A stretch of DNA of 64,000 nucleotides from an uncultured Bdellovibrionales bacterium (GCA_964436855.1 CAYTED010000003.1:33393-97392), one strand, 5' to 3'; positions 1 to 10,420 are shown, numbered from the stretch's first letter. Translations and numbers: made by a program. Notes: a model not told the origin generated them from the sequence alone.

Positions 1-334
1 TCGTTCAGAAATCATCCTCTCAAAAAAGGTTTTTTTCATATCGAAACCTCGCGGGATGGATGATGCTCCTTGCTTTCTTCTACGGAGCGATCATCCTTCT
101 CGTCATATCATAAAATAACAAAAATCCCCACGATAGCGGGGATTGTATGTTTTAGTTGCGATCGTTCGATTCGAAATCAATCACTCTTTTTTTTCACAAT
201 TGTTTAGCGATAAAATCATCGTAAGAAAATATTTCATGACAGATGATTGTATCTGGACAGAAACTTTTCTCGACAACAAATTGAGAGACTATCAAAAGAG
301 CACAGAATCGAAACCTGAACAATAAACAGGAGTT

Positions 335-1129
335 CTAATTCATCTCCGCCAATCGGATCCACTCCTCCACCGACAGCTCCTGCGCGCGGACAGTCGGGAG
401 AAGGTTACACTTCGCGAGTCTCGCCTCGACCGTTTCGCGGGAAATATGAAGCGAATTCGCAAGATTATTCGCCAGTGTTTTCCGACGCGCGGCAAATCCC
501 GCACGAACGATTTGAAAAATTTTTCGATCTTCTTCTCGATCAAAAACTCTCTTCGGAAGGAGTTTTACGACCGCACTTTCCACTTCCGGAATCGGATCAA
601 ATGCTTCGCGCGACACGACAAATTCTTTCGTCACATCGGCATAGTATTGCGCCATCACGGAAAGAAGCGACATATCGCCGGGTTTCGCCGCCAATCTTTC
701 CGCCACCTCATTCTGCACCATAAGAACGAGCATCGACGGTTGCGCCGAGAGTGAAAGAAGCGTCCGAATAATCGGCGCGGTAATATAGTACGGAATATTC
801 GCCACCACTTTATATTTGCGATGAATATATCCGACATTCGCAAGCATTTCTTCCAAGTGAATATCAAGAATATTCCCTTCAAGGATTGAAACATTTTCAG
901 AATGAACGAAGTGCTCATTCAATCGTTCAACAAGTCGATGATCGAGTTCGACAGCGTGTACCATCGCTCCTGCCTGTGCAAGTTTTTCGGTAAGTGCTCC
1001 GGTTCCCGGACCGATTTCAAGCACCCTATCACTCGACTGCACCCCGGCAGCTTCGAGAATCCGCGCGAGCACATCCTCATCTTTCAAAAAATTCTGCCCG
1101 AGCGACTTCTTCGCTTTTATATGTTCCAT
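335..1129 (-). CDS. rsmA: 16S rRNA (adenine1518/adenine1519-N6)-dimethyltransferase
   Basis: 264 aa; SAM-binding motif VLEIGPGTGALT, NIPY motif and full-length KsgA/RsmA architecture. Confidence 0.9.
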   Translation of the reverse strand: MEHIKAKKSLGQNFLKDEDVLARILEAAGVQSSDRVLEIGPGTGALTEKLAQAGAMVHAVELDHRLVERLNEHFVHSENVSILEGNILDIHLEEMLANVGYIHRKYKVVANIPYYITAPIIRTLLSLSAQPSMLVLMVQNEVAERLAAKPGDMSLLSVMAQYYADVTKEFVVSREAFDPIPEVESAVVKLLPKRVFDREEDRKIFQIVRAGFAARRKTLANNLANSLHISRETVEARLAKCNLLPTVRAQELSVEEWIRLAEMN

Positions 1130-1221
1130 ATATTCCTGACAACTTATGATATTTTTTTCGTGAATCTCCCCGAGCTTACGCTCGGGGGGGTTATATGCGC
1201 GCTAAAATCTCCCAGAACATT

Positions 1222-1260
1222 TTGTACACAAAAATAAGCGGTCGCTTACAATTGTGCACA
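1222..1260. promoter_or_regulatory. Imperfect inverted repeat TTGTACACAAAAATAAGCGGTCGCTTACAATTGTGCACA upstream of rsmA; second copy at 60658-60695
   Basis: Arms TGTACACA / TGTGCACA separated by ~22 nt; near-identical motif recurs in another intergenic region. Confidence 0.35.
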
Positions 1261-1322
1261 GTTCGTTTTTTTTATTTCCTATTTTTAACTCCTTTTTCTG
1301 TCTCTATGTTCAACATTCACTT

Positions 1323-2297
1323 CTAATTAACTATTTCCTCCATCTTCACATTAATCACGCCGGCGCCGATAGAGGCAATTTTTGCAAAAGCGACTTTGTC
1401 GAGGTCGATAATGCGCCCCGGAACAAACGGGCCGCGATCATTGATTCGTACAATCACCGATTTTCCATTCTCCATATTCGTTACCTTCACATAACTTCCG
1501 ATCGGAAGCCACGGATTCGCCGCTGCCATCGTTCCGGTGAAGGCATACCACGATGCCGCGCCCCGATGCGACTTTCCGAGTTTCACATAGGTTCCCTGTG
1601 TCGTCAATTCCGGAACCGACTCCTTCACAATTTCCGTATTCGTAATTTTTCGATTCACCTCTTTGCCATCGTGATACGCCACACGATAGGTTGTCCGCTT
1701 GGTTCCGTTTTCTCCTTTTTGCGTCACGATCGTTTTTCGAAACGAAAGTTCCGAATCTTCCGTTATTTTTTTCTCAAATGCAATCGACGTATCTTTATGC
1801 TCCTCGCGAATCTCGACGCGTGTAACGGAAATCTTTACATCTTCTGTGAGATATTCGCCCCGTTCCGGTTTTACAATATCGTCTTCATCAAGCGAAATAT
1901 TCACATCGGAAAACATTTCTCCTATCGTTCGTGCGCGCGACACTATTCCCATTTCCTTGCCATCGACTCTTACCGTTGCCGTTCGCGCTCGCGTAATCAA
2001 AATCGTTTGATGCGGAAAAATATTCGATGAAAGTTCCGGCCATACCGTATCTTCGGATCGCAATTTTACTCCACCGTTTCGGAGCACGGCTTCCACCGTT
2101 TTCCCGGACACGCCCGAAAGTTCCGCAATAATCCCATCATCATTGATTGTTATCGTTTTTTCCCCGTCAAAATTCAATTTCTCGTCCTTATAAAAAACAA
2201 AATATATGCCTATACCAAGCAACAGAAAAAATAGGAAGATTTTCTTCCTCTTTTTCAAATCCTGATTCTTTATTCTTGATTCCTGATTCATCCGCAC
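1323..2297 (-). CDS. Membrane-anchored G5-domain protein with C-terminal RlpA-like double-psi beta-barrel (putative cell-wall binding/lytic transglycosylase-like)
   Basis: N-terminal TM helix; C-terminal GAASWYAFTGTMAAANPWLPIGSYVKVTNMENGKSVIVRINDRGPF matches the RlpA DPBB signature. Confidence 0.65.
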   Translation of the reverse strand: MRMNQESRIKNQDLKKRKKIFLFFLLLGIGIYFVFYKDEKLNFDGEKTITINDDGIIAELSGVSGKTVEAVLRNGGVKLRSEDTVWPELSSNIFPHQTILITRARTATVRVDGKEMGIVSRARTIGEMFSDVNISLDEDDIVKPERGEYLTEDVKISVTRVEIREEHKDTSIAFEKKITEDSELSFRKTIVTQKGENGTKRTTYRVAYHDGKEVNRKITNTEIVKESVPELTTQGTYVKLGKSHRGAASWYAFTGTMAAANPWLPIGSYVKVTNMENGKSVIVRINDRGPFVPGRIIDLDKVAFAKIASIGAGVINVKMEEIVN

Positions 2298-2298
2298 A

Positions 2299-3825
2299 TT
2301 ATTCTTCCTCCGTAAACCGATACTGCAATGCCTCCGCGATATGCGTCGATGTTATTTGAGGAAGCGCCGAAAGATCCGCAATCGTTCGCGCGACTTTCAA
2401 AATCCGATGATACGCGCGTGCCGACAACCGATATTTCGACACCGCATTGTGAAGAATTTCTTTCGAAATATCATCGAGCGCGCAGTGTACTCGAAGCACT
2501 TCCGTGCCCATCTCGGCATTTGATCGAACACTCGTTCCCTCGAACCGCTTTCTCTGAATCGCACGCGCTGCCTCGACTCGCTTTCGAATTGATTCGCTTG
2601 ATTCCGATAAAACGCTTTCTTCCAATTTCTCTACCCTCATTCGCGGTACCGATACCTGAAGGTCTATTCTATCAAGAATCGGGCCGGAAATCTTCCGTTT
2701 GTATTTTTCGATACTATACGGCGGACACACGCACGGCCGGTCCGGATCACCAAAGAAACCGCAGGGGCACGGATTCATCGCCGCTACCAGGGTAAATCGC
2801 GCCGGAAATCGATGCGTCCCCTTGGCGCGTGAAACGGTAATATGACCCTCTTCGAGCGGTTGACGAAGATTTTCTATCACCTGCCGAGAAAATTCCGGAA
2901 ACTCGTCGAGAAAAAGTACGCCGCGATGCGCCAAACTGATTTCTCCCGGCTTCGGAAAGGCTCCCCCGCCCACGAGCGACACCGCACTCGCCCCATGATG
3001 CGGCGCTCGAAACGGGCGCTCTCTGACCAATGCGTCGTGCTTTGGCAAAAGCCCCGCTATTGAGAAGATTTTCGTTGTCTCAAGACTTTCATCAAAAGTA
3101 AGCCGCGGAAGAATCGTCGGGAGTGCCCGGGCGAGCAAGGTTTTCCCCGATCCGGGAGGGCCGGAAAAAAGAAGGTTGTGCGCTCCGGCAGCCGCAATCT
3201 CGAGTGCGCGTTTCGCTTGCTCTTGTCCGCGAATAAATGCCATATCGGTCGCGCTTGAGAGTGTTTCTTCCGTTTCAAACACCGTTTTTTCAAACGGAAG
3301 AATTTTTTCCTCTCCCGAAAAATGTCTCGCGAGCGAGTAAAGATCTTTTACAGGAAGAATAGAAATGCCATCGACAAGCGCCGCCTCTTTCGCATTCGCC
3401 TCCGGAAGGTAGAGCTCTTCAAATCCGGCCTCCTTTGCAAACAGAGCGATCGGAAGCGCACCGTGCACGCGACGCGTCTCTCCGGAAAGCGACAACTCTC
3501 CGAAAAAAAGTTTCTTTGACGGATCAAGGTTCACCTGCTCGGTCGAAAGCAAAAATGCGACCGCGAGGGGTAAATCATAAATCGGCGCATTCTTCGGAAT
3601 ATCCGCCGGCGCCAAGTTGGCGGTTACGCGACCGGAGTGGTGCGGCGGCTTGAAACCGCTATTTTTAAGCGCCGAGCTTACGCGATCACGCGATTCACGT
3701 ACTGAGGTATCCGGTAATCCGACAAGCGTAAACTGGTGCAATCCCTGTGAGAGAATATCCACTTCAACTTCCACCGGAAAACTCTCAAGACCAAGCGTTG
3801 CCGCGGAAAAGACTTTGGAAGGCAT
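2299..3825 (-). CDS. comM: YifB/ComM family Mg-chelatase-like AAA+ ATPase
   Basis: 508 aa; Lon-like N-terminal domain followed by Walker A GPPGSGKT and Mg-chelatase ChlI-like region. Confidence 0.9.
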   Translation of the reverse strand: MPSKVFSAATLGLESFPVEVEVDILSQGLHQFTLVGLPDTSVRESRDRVSSALKNSGFKPPHHSGRVTANLAPADIPKNAPIYDLPLAVAFLLSTEQVNLDPSKKLFFGELSLSGETRRVHGALPIALFAKEAGFEELYLPEANAKEAALVDGISILPVKDLYSLARHFSGEEKILPFEKTVFETEETLSSATDMAFIRGQEQAKRALEIAAAGAHNLLFSGPPGSGKTLLARALPTILPRLTFDESLETTKIFSIAGLLPKHDALVRERPFRAPHHGASAVSLVGGGAFPKPGEISLAHRGVLFLDEFPEFSRQVIENLRQPLEEGHITVSRAKGTHRFPARFTLVAAMNPCPCGFFGDPDRPCVCPPYSIEKYKRKISGPILDRIDLQVSVPRMRVEKLEESVLSESSESIRKRVEAARAIQRKRFEGTSVRSNAEMGTEVLRVHCALDDISKEILHNAVSKYRLSARAYHRILKVARTIADLSALPQITSTHIAEALQYRFTEEE

Positions 3826-3957
3826 AAAACAATATTAAAATTGAAAAATCAAAATGAAAAATGACAAATCAAAATTGAAAATGTATTCCGAATCTTACAT
3901 TTTACATGGTCATTTTCCTGTCTGCCGACAGGCAGGGATTTTTGAGATTTACATTTT

Positions 3958-4359
3958 TCATTTCTCAACAAGAGGCTCTTTACTCCGAGTAGCCAGAACG
4001 ATCACACATACTCCAGCCACTGTTAAGTATACATCCGCCAGATTGAAGATTGGAAACCACTCGAATACCCGAATATAATCGGTTATACAGCCAAATTGCC
4101 AGCGTTCGAAAAGATTCGAGAGGCCGCCGGAAAGAAAAAGAATAAACGGAACGATGTGCCCGTATTTCCACAGCACACAACCTCCAAGAAAAAGAAATAC
4201 ACCGCTAAAAAAAGAAAGTATGTTCGAGGGAATGTCCGTTCCAAATCCACCCAATGAATTACAGATTGAATATGGTATGAGTATCCGAGTGCTCTGTGCT
4301 ATACCAAAAAGAAAAAAGACGGCAACGATCCCTCGAAAAACCGCCTTTTTCGTATTCAT
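3958..4359 (-). CDS. lspA: Lipoprotein signal peptidase II
   Basis: Four TM segments and the FNLADVYLTVAG motif typical of LspA; start chosen at MNTKKAVF. Confidence 0.8.
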   Translation of the reverse strand: MNTKKAVFRGIVAVFFLFGIAQSTRILIPYSICNSLGGFGTDIPSNILSFFSGVFLFLGGCVLWKYGHIVPFILFLSGGLSNLFERWQFGCITDYIRVFEWFPIFNLADVYLTVAGVCVIVLATRSKEPLVEK

Positions 4360-4369
4360 ACCGCCAAGA

Positions 4370-4726
4370 TTACTCTCCGACAACACACGTTGTGTGTGTT
4401 CGTGCCGCCGGATAGGCATTCAGCCGATCAAAATCGATTTCTTTTCCGCACGACTCGCATTTTCCATATGTACCCGCCTCTACTCGAGAAAGCGCGTCGT
4501 TTACCTCACGCAATTCGTGTTCGAGTGTTACTTCAAGCGCCTTATTGTCTACATATTCTTCCACCTCGCTTGCGTTTTCATCGCGATCCGTCCCCATATC
4601 TTGATACTTCGTCTCATATTCCCCTTCTCCATCCACCGGCTTTGCAAATCGTGAAAGCTCGCCTTTTAAGCGTTCCGCTTCTCCAAGAAGTTTTTCTTTC
4701 AATTGAGCCGTTTTTGCCGCATCCAT
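4370..4726 (-). CDS. DksA/TraR family C4-type zinc-finger protein
   Basis: Coiled-coil N-terminus followed by CESCGKEIDFDRLNAYPAARTHTTC zinc-finger; start at MDAAKTAQL. Confidence 0.7.
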   Translation of the reverse strand: MDAAKTAQLKEKLLGEAERLKGELSRFAKPVDGEGEYETKYQDMGTDRDENASEVEEYVDNKALEVTLEHELREVNDALSRVEAGTYGKCESCGKEIDFDRLNAYPAARTHTTCVVGE

Positions 4727-4934
4727 ACGTTTAGAACCTGTCCGAAATCTCCATATTCTGCTGCAACACTGAAATGTTAGCTGCAAAAAGTTCAGATCTC
4801 GTCAGGTTATATTCTAATAGCCTTCCTCCATCTTCACTTTCTTCGCTCAACATTTCAGTGTTTCGCGACGAAAGAGAGATTTCGGACAGGCTCTTACATT
4901 AAACCGTTACAAGGAAAGTATAGCATAAAAATTT

Positions 4935-5330
4935 CTAAAGAAACACCCTCTCCAAATGCCGTATTTCCCGTATTTTTCCATTCATAGCATCTAAAAAAAT
5001 GGAAAGAACGTCAAAGTGATATGGGAAGGCCTCTCTTTTCTTCGCTCGAAGATACGAAACGGCAATTTTTTCCAACCGGTGAAGCTTTGTGCGCGTCACG
5101 CTCTCTTCCGGAAGCGGCGCATTTTCTTTCCATTCCCGCGTTTTTACCTCCACAAAGACAATTTCTCCTTTATATTCCGCGACAATATCAAGCTCTCCGA
5201 GTCGCCTTCCCTTCGTATTTGCGTAATTCCGATCGAGAATCCGATACCCTTTCTTCCGTAAAAAATCCGTCGCAACATCTTCGCCAAAATTCCCGGCACT
5301 CTTCGTTTGTTTTTTCCAAAATGAGAACAT
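4935..5330 (-). CDS. yraN: YraN family (UPF0102) endonuclease
   Basis: 131 aa; GEDVATDFLRKKGYRILDRNY...GELDIVA...EVKTR pattern typical of UPF0102. Confidence 0.8.
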   Translation of the reverse strand: MFSFWKKQTKSAGNFGEDVATDFLRKKGYRILDRNYANTKGRRLGELDIVAEYKGEIVFVEVKTREWKENAPLPEESVTRTKLHRLEKIAVSYLRAKKREAFPYHFDVLSIFLDAMNGKIREIRHLERVFL

Positions 5331-5366
5331 ACCCTATTCTACTTTGAGTTATGAAACTCTCAAAAG

Positions 5367-5461
5367 TGTCACTTCGACCGATCCGCCAGCTGGCGGAGAG
5401 TGGAGGAATCTCTTTTCTTTCAAATGAAATATAAGATCCCTCGACTTCGCTCGGGATGACA
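5367..5461 (+). repeat. MITE/REP-like hairpin element, TGTCAYYYCGACCGA ... TCGGGATGACA termini (copy a)
   Basis: ~95-nt element with terminal and nested inverted repeats; homologous copies at 12194-12278 (+) and 11144-11229 (-); short hairpin-only versions at 10316-10343 and 50791-50815. Confidence 0.7.
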
Positions 5462-6471
5462 GAAAGAGGAGTTTTGTAATTTAAGATTTTGCAGCCTCAC
5501 TTCGCAGCGGGCGAAAAAGCAACAAAAAAACGGCCCGTCTTGGCCATCTCACACCTATTTCTTCCATTTTTTTTCACTCCCCTTACCTTCCTTTCTCTAT
5601 TATTTATTACCTCCCGGCACCATTTTTGAGCATTGTTGGTGCCGGGCGCTACGTCTGCGCCCTAATAATAATTTATTTGGCTGAGTGTAGCGCCCGACTG
5701 ATGCGCCAACACGTACTTTGGATTCTGTCGCCCACGGGTGTGAAGGCAACGGGAATTCACAATGAGGCACGTGTGTTTTGTGCGCATCTCTGAATCGGTT
5801 CCGACGAAGCGATTCCTCCTTTACTACCGTCCTCTGGCGTATTGCCGTTTTGTTGAAAGAACTATTTTTTTTCTTTTTTTCTTTGTTTTTGTTCCTCCCG
5901 ATTTATCGTGAGAGGTCGGCAGCCGGACAAGAGAAGTTTCCAATTGATTTCGATTCGAAACTTTTTTTGTCCGACTCCCTTTTTTTGTTTTTGTTTTTGT
6001 CCCATCAGTCGGATTTTTTGATGGGGTAAGAAAGGTCAAAGTTTACCTTTCTTGTTCGGACAGTAGAAGGGTTCCTGCCGCAATAGGGGGATATTGCGAC
6101 TGGAACCCTTCTACCCTTTAGAGCACTTCCGCGTTTGGCACATTTCTTCGTTGCAACCTCCGGTGCTCGACACCGTATCTTGATCAGTACGGCTTACTCC
6201 GCTCCTCGGTTGCGTCTTGAGCTGTACTCAAACGCGAAAGTTCTCTCCTCTAGTTGTCAAAGTTCACCGTTACAGATCAATTATAGCAAAAAAATCACCT
6301 TCGGTCAATCGAAAAAATGCTTTTTTGTTTTTGTTTTTGTTGAGCCAAAATATTTTTTCTCAAAAAATTCTTTTTTAAGAAAATTTTTCGAATTTTTTCA
6401 GGAAAAAAATAGTCGTGGATTTTTTTGTGGCTTCATTCAGCCGTAAAAAGATATTCTCATCGAACACGTTC

Positions 6472-7788
6472 TCACAACGACGGGCCGAATGTGTCGATTA
6501 TCGATCGAAGAGTATTCTTGCTTGTTCCAATCGCCCATTTTTTCCCAAGCAAAGCGTAGTCGACAGAGAGACCTTCTCCACCGGTAATATTGAAGTATCG
6601 TATTTCAAATCCATTATGCGAACCGGAAGAAAACTTTCCCGTTGATATTTTTGCTTTCGGAGAATGATTGAGATATATCGCCTGCAGTGCGAACGGGATC
6701 TCGCTTTCACTTTTTTCGATCGCCTGTTTCAACAAATCTTTATTCTTAAACGACACCGTGAGACCGGCTCGAGCGACACCATCGTCAAGAAAAAGATACA
6801 AAGAAAACGACTCTTCGATTTGGTCGAGTACGGCTTGCGAGAGCGATATTTTCATTAGGGAGGCAAATCTTGCAAAGGCAACCGGATTATTGTTTTTATC
6901 GGTTACAAAGAATTCGACGGGTTGCGCTATGCCGCTTACTCGGAGCAATTCGCTTTTCTCCAAAAGAAGTCCCCGAAACGCTTCAGGCGTTATCGTTTCA
7001 ACATCAACGGAGAGATAGTTCGGAGAAGAAAGCGAGAAGGGAGTCGAAACATTCGGAGCCTCCGAACTCTGCTCTGATTGAGGAAGAGCTGTTTCGGTCG
7101 GAGTCATTTCCTGCGCTTGCATATTCGGCTCCTCGGTACTCTTTGAAGAGAAGAAAAAATAGGCAAACGCACCACCGGCAAGAAGCGCCACAAAAAGAAG
7201 GACAAGCCCCGCGATCAATAATCCTTTACCGCTTTTTTCCGCGGGTTTCTCCTGAAAAACCGGCTTTCCGGAAAACGGGAGTTCTTTTTTCGGGCGCATC
7301 CCACCGTTCCCGGGAAATGCATCGGGAGCGATTGGAAGCGTTGACGGAGGAATCGAAGAAATCGGTTTCGGCGGAAGAGTATCGAGCTTCAAGGGATTTT
7401 CAGTAGAGTCTTTTCTTGTTGGTTCCGACAGATTCTCTTCTTTTTCGAGTAAAAACGGACTTGACTCACGAGGATCCGGTCGCGCCCCGCTTCGATCAAC
7501 AGCGGTTACCACTACCGGGGACGTGAGGCCATTTCGTGTTGCTGGCGGAGTATTCCGCAAGGCGGGATTATCATTGAAAATTCCCGGCCGACTTACTGCG
7601 GCCTTCGCTTGTACATTTTGTTTCGGAGCTTTTTTCCCGGCAAGCACATCAAGGTCATCTTGCATCGTATTCACCGAGTCAAGAATTTCACTCGGGAGAT
7701 CCGATCCATTGGACGATTTGTTTCCAAAGATACCCATAAAAAAATTTGTTTTTTCAAAAAGAGAAAGGAGAGAAGTGCTAGAGCTCAT
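6472..7788 (-). CDS. Hypothetical single-pass membrane protein with disordered Pro/Ser-rich N-terminal region
   Basis: 438 aa ORF; one TM helix (LLIAGLVLLFVALLAGGAFAYFFF); no recognisable catalytic motif. Confidence 0.5.
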   Translation of the reverse strand: MSSSTSLLSLFEKTNFFMGIFGNKSSNGSDLPSEILDSVNTMQDDLDVLAGKKAPKQNVQAKAAVSRPGIFNDNPALRNTPPATRNGLTSPVVVTAVDRSGARPDPRESSPFLLEKEENLSEPTRKDSTENPLKLDTLPPKPISSIPPSTLPIAPDAFPGNGGMRPKKELPFSGKPVFQEKPAEKSGKGLLIAGLVLLFVALLAGGAFAYFFFSSKSTEEPNMQAQEMTPTETALPQSEQSSEAPNVSTPFSLSSPNYLSVDVETITPEAFRGLLLEKSELLRVSGIAQPVEFFVTDKNNNPVAFARFASLMKISLSQAVLDQIEESFSLYLFLDDGVARAGLTVSFKNKDLLKQAIEKSESEIPFALQAIYLNHSPKAKISTGKFSSGSHNGFEIRYFNITGGEGLSVDYALLGKKWAIGTSKNTLRSIIDTFGPSL

Positions 7789-7820
7789 CTCAAAAATAGT
7801 TTCGAAACGCTTTTCGTAGA

Positions 7821-7942
7821 TTTTCGTGCGAAAAATGCACGGATTGAGAAGGGCTATCGGGCGATAACCCGACGAGATACGAGCATTTTGCAGCCGAAAA
7901 GAACGGAAAGCAAGTCGAAAATTATTTTTGAGATGAGCTCTG
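7821..7942 (+). repeat. ~125-nt non-coding repeat, copy 1 (GATTGAGRAGGGCTATYCGG..GATAACCCGA..TTTTGCAGCC..)
   Basis: ~75% identical to 21724-21847; the ORF present in copy 2 is not conserved here (stop in frame), so probably RNA or DNA element. Confidence 0.6.
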
Positions 7943-7982
7943 CTCCTTTCATTATATACGGCAATTCTTTTTCACGGAAGAT

Positions 7983-10109
7983 CTACTCGGTCGCAATTCC
8001 CGATTCGGCTTCCATCCTTCGCTTTGCCTGCTTGTGTGAAAGATTGATCCGTCCCTGCGCATCGATTTCTTTCACTACAACCGGAACGATATCGCCAATC
8101 TTCACCACATCTTCCACTTTTTCCACGCGATAATCGGCAAGTTCGGAAATATGAATGAGTCCTTCTTGGTTCGGCAACACTTCCGCAAAGGCACCGAAAT
8201 TCATAAGACGCGTAATACGACCCTGGAACAATTCGCCCGCTTTCACTTCACGAGTGATGTTTTTGATCCAATCTGTCGCTTCTTTCGCGCTCGTTTCATC
8301 GGTCGAGGTAATGAAAACCGATCCATCATCCTCGATATCGATCGACACGCCGGTTTCATCGATAATCCGGTTAATCATCTTCCCGCCGGGGCCGATCACA
8401 TCGCGGATTTTCTCCGGGTTGATATGAAGAGTGATGATACGCGGCGCATACGGAGACATTTCTTTGCGCGATTCTGGCAAAGTTTCAAGCATTTTTCCGA
8501 GAATTTCGAGACGGGCTCGCTTTGCTTGCGCGATCGCCACCGCAAGCATCGACGGTGTGAGTCCATCGATCTTCACATCCATCTGCATCGCAGTAATACC
8601 ATCCGTCGTTCCCGCAACCTTGAAATCCATATCGCCATAATGATCTTCCAGTCCTTGAATGTCGGTCAGTACCTTGTATTCCCCTTCTTTTCCAGTAATC
8701 ACTCCCATCGCAATACCCGATACCGGCTTCTTGATCGGAACACCCGCATCCATAAGCGCGAGCGTTGAACCACACGTTGACGCCATCGACGATGAACCAT
8801 TTGAGGAGAGCACTTCGGAGACAAGTAGAATAGTGTACGGAAATTCTTCTTTCGGCGGAAGCATCGGGAGGAGCGCCTTTTCCGCGAGGGCGCCGTGCCC
8901 AACTTCTCGCCGTCCCGGACCACGCATCGGCTTCACCTCACCCACCGAATACGGCGGAAAATTGTAGAAGTGCATATATCGCTTCTTCATATCGACTTCC
9001 ATCGTATCAACCACCATTTCATCGCCGGGCGCGCCGAGTGTCGCAACCGTGAGCACCTGCGTCTCACCGCGCGTAAAGAGCCCGGTGCCGTGCGTTCGCG
9101 GGAGAACTCCCACACGAGACCAGATCGGTCGGATTTCTTCGAGACCACGCCCATCCGGACGAGCGTCTTTCTTCAAGATATTCTCGTGTACAATCTCATC
9201 GGACACCTCTTCATACACAATGCCCGTTATTTCCTTCGCGTATTTTTCATCCGGAAAGTTTTCCTTCACGTATTCGGCAAGTTTTTCCTCAATTTCGGAA
9301 ACCTTCTCCTGCATCGCCTGTTTCGGGCGAAGATAAAGCGCTTCATTCAAACCAGAATTCTTCAAGAATTCCCGCACACCCGCTTCAAACGCCTCCGATC
9401 CCAAGAGCATCGCCGCTTCGCGCTTTTCTTTGCCGATTTCCGTGCGGATATCTTCGATAAAGGTCGCGATTTTCTGAATCGCCTCAAAACCAAATTCAAA
9501 CGCCTTTGCCATCGTTTCTTCGGGAATTTCGTTCGCACCCGCCTCAATCATATTGATTTTTTCCTTCGTTCCCGAAAGAAGCAGGTCGAGCTTCCCGACT
9601 TCGCGCTCATCCGTCGCCGGATTCAAGACAAAATCGCCATTCGTCATTCCGACACGCACCGCACCAATCGGCCCGTTCCACGGAATATCCGAGAGGGCAA
9701 GCGCCGCCGAAGCCGCATTCATCGCAACCGTATCCGGATCGTTTTCACCATCAAAACAGAGGGTTGTAACCACCACCTGCACATCGGTCCGCATCCGTGA
9801 ATTGAAAAGTGGTCGGATCGTCCGATCCACCGCGCGCCCCGAAAGAATCGCGTCATCCGACGGGCGACCTTCACGTTTGATAAAACGCGACCCTTTAATT
9901 TTCCCCGCCGCGTAATACCGTTCTTCGTAATCCACCATCAAAGGAAAGTAGCCCATAATATTGGACGCACCCTTTCCCATCGTTGCTGCCGCAAGGACAA
10001 CCGTATCGCCGTACTGCGCTGTTACCGAACCGTTCGCCTGTCCGGCGAGCAAACCGGCCGTAATTTTAAGCTCGCGGCCGCCGAGCTGCAGACTCCATGA
10101 TTTTTCCAT
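7983..10109 (-). CDS. pnp: Polyribonucleotide nucleotidyltransferase (PNPase)
   Basis: Two RNase PH domains, KH and C-terminal S1 domain; start at [11 protein letters not shown]. Confidence 0.95.
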   Translation of the reverse strand: MEKSWSLQLGGRELKITAGLLAGQANGSVTAQYGDTVVLAAATMGKGASNIMGYFPLMVDYEERYYAAGKIKGSRFIKREGRPSDDAILSGRAVDRTIRPLFNSRMRTDVQVVVTTLCFDGENDPDTVAMNAASAALALSDIPWNGPIGAVRVGMTNGDFVLNPATDEREVGKLDLLLSGTKEKINMIEAGANEIPEETMAKAFEFGFEAIQKIATFIEDIRTEIGKEKREAAMLLGSEAFEAGVREFLKNSGLNEALYLRPKQAMQEKVSEIEEKLAEYVKENFPDEKYAKEITGIVYEEVSDEIVHENILKKDARPDGRGLEEIRPIWSRVGVLPRTHGTGLFTRGETQVLTVATLGAPGDEMVVDTMEVDMKKRYMHFYNFPPYSVGEVKPMRGPGRREVGHGALAEKALLPMLPPKEEFPYTILLVSEVLSSNGSSSMASTCGSTLALMDAGVPIKKPVSGIAMGVITGKEGEYKVLTDIQGLEDHYGDMDFKVAGTTDGITAMQMDVKIDGLTPSMLAVAIAQAKRARLEILGKMLETLPESRKEMSPYAPRIITLHINPEKIRDVIGPGGKMINRIIDETGVSIDIEDDGSVFITSTDETSAKEATDWIKNITREVKAGELFQGRITRLMNFGAFAEVLPNQEGLIHISELADYRVEKVEDVVKIGDIVPVVVKEIDAQGRINLSHKQAKRRMEAESGIATE

Positions 10110-10373
10110 AGGAAAACCACGGCACGGAAAGAAGCTAAGAAACACGGCCTTACGCCAAAACCTTTGACGCACCGCTGTGCCTTCTAGCCATCTTCGTGCC
10201 ACATTTTTACTTGTTAACCACTTTTACCGTACGGGAAATCCGGTGCTTTGTCAAAAAAAAATTGAACTGTGGGTGCAAAAAATCATTCTTGTTTTGAATG
10301 CGCCATTTCATTCTCTGTCATCCCCGCGGAGGCGGGGATGACAAATAGAGGAAAAGTGAGTTCTTGCTCTCAC

Positions 10374-10408
10374 AAAAAACGCCCGGGATCCCGGGCGTTT
10401 TCTTTTTG
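10374..10408. terminator. Rho-independent terminator (bidirectional hairpin GCCCGGGATCCCGGGC flanked by A/T tracts)
   Basis: Perfect 16-nt GC palindrome followed by TTTTCTTTTT on the + strand and preceded by AAAAAA. Confidence 0.7.
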
Positions 10409-10420
10409 TATATAAATATT

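Noticed and set aside
5331-6471. RNase P RNA, tmRNA or SRP RNA in the large non-coding region
   Set aside because: I could not find the conserved blocks (AGGAAAGTCCGGGC for P4, GGGGCTGATTC...TCCACCA for the tmRNA ends, AGGTCAGGTCCGGAAGGAAGCAGC for SRP). Left as an unassigned structured region.
8151-9915. Multiple 90-300-aa + strand ORFs antisense to pnp, and similar long antisense ORFs in gyrA, nrdA, PBP1A and ftsH
   Set aside because: Long spurious ORFs are expected opposite G/C-third-position-biased genes. The sense-strand proteins are full-length, well-conserved enzymes.
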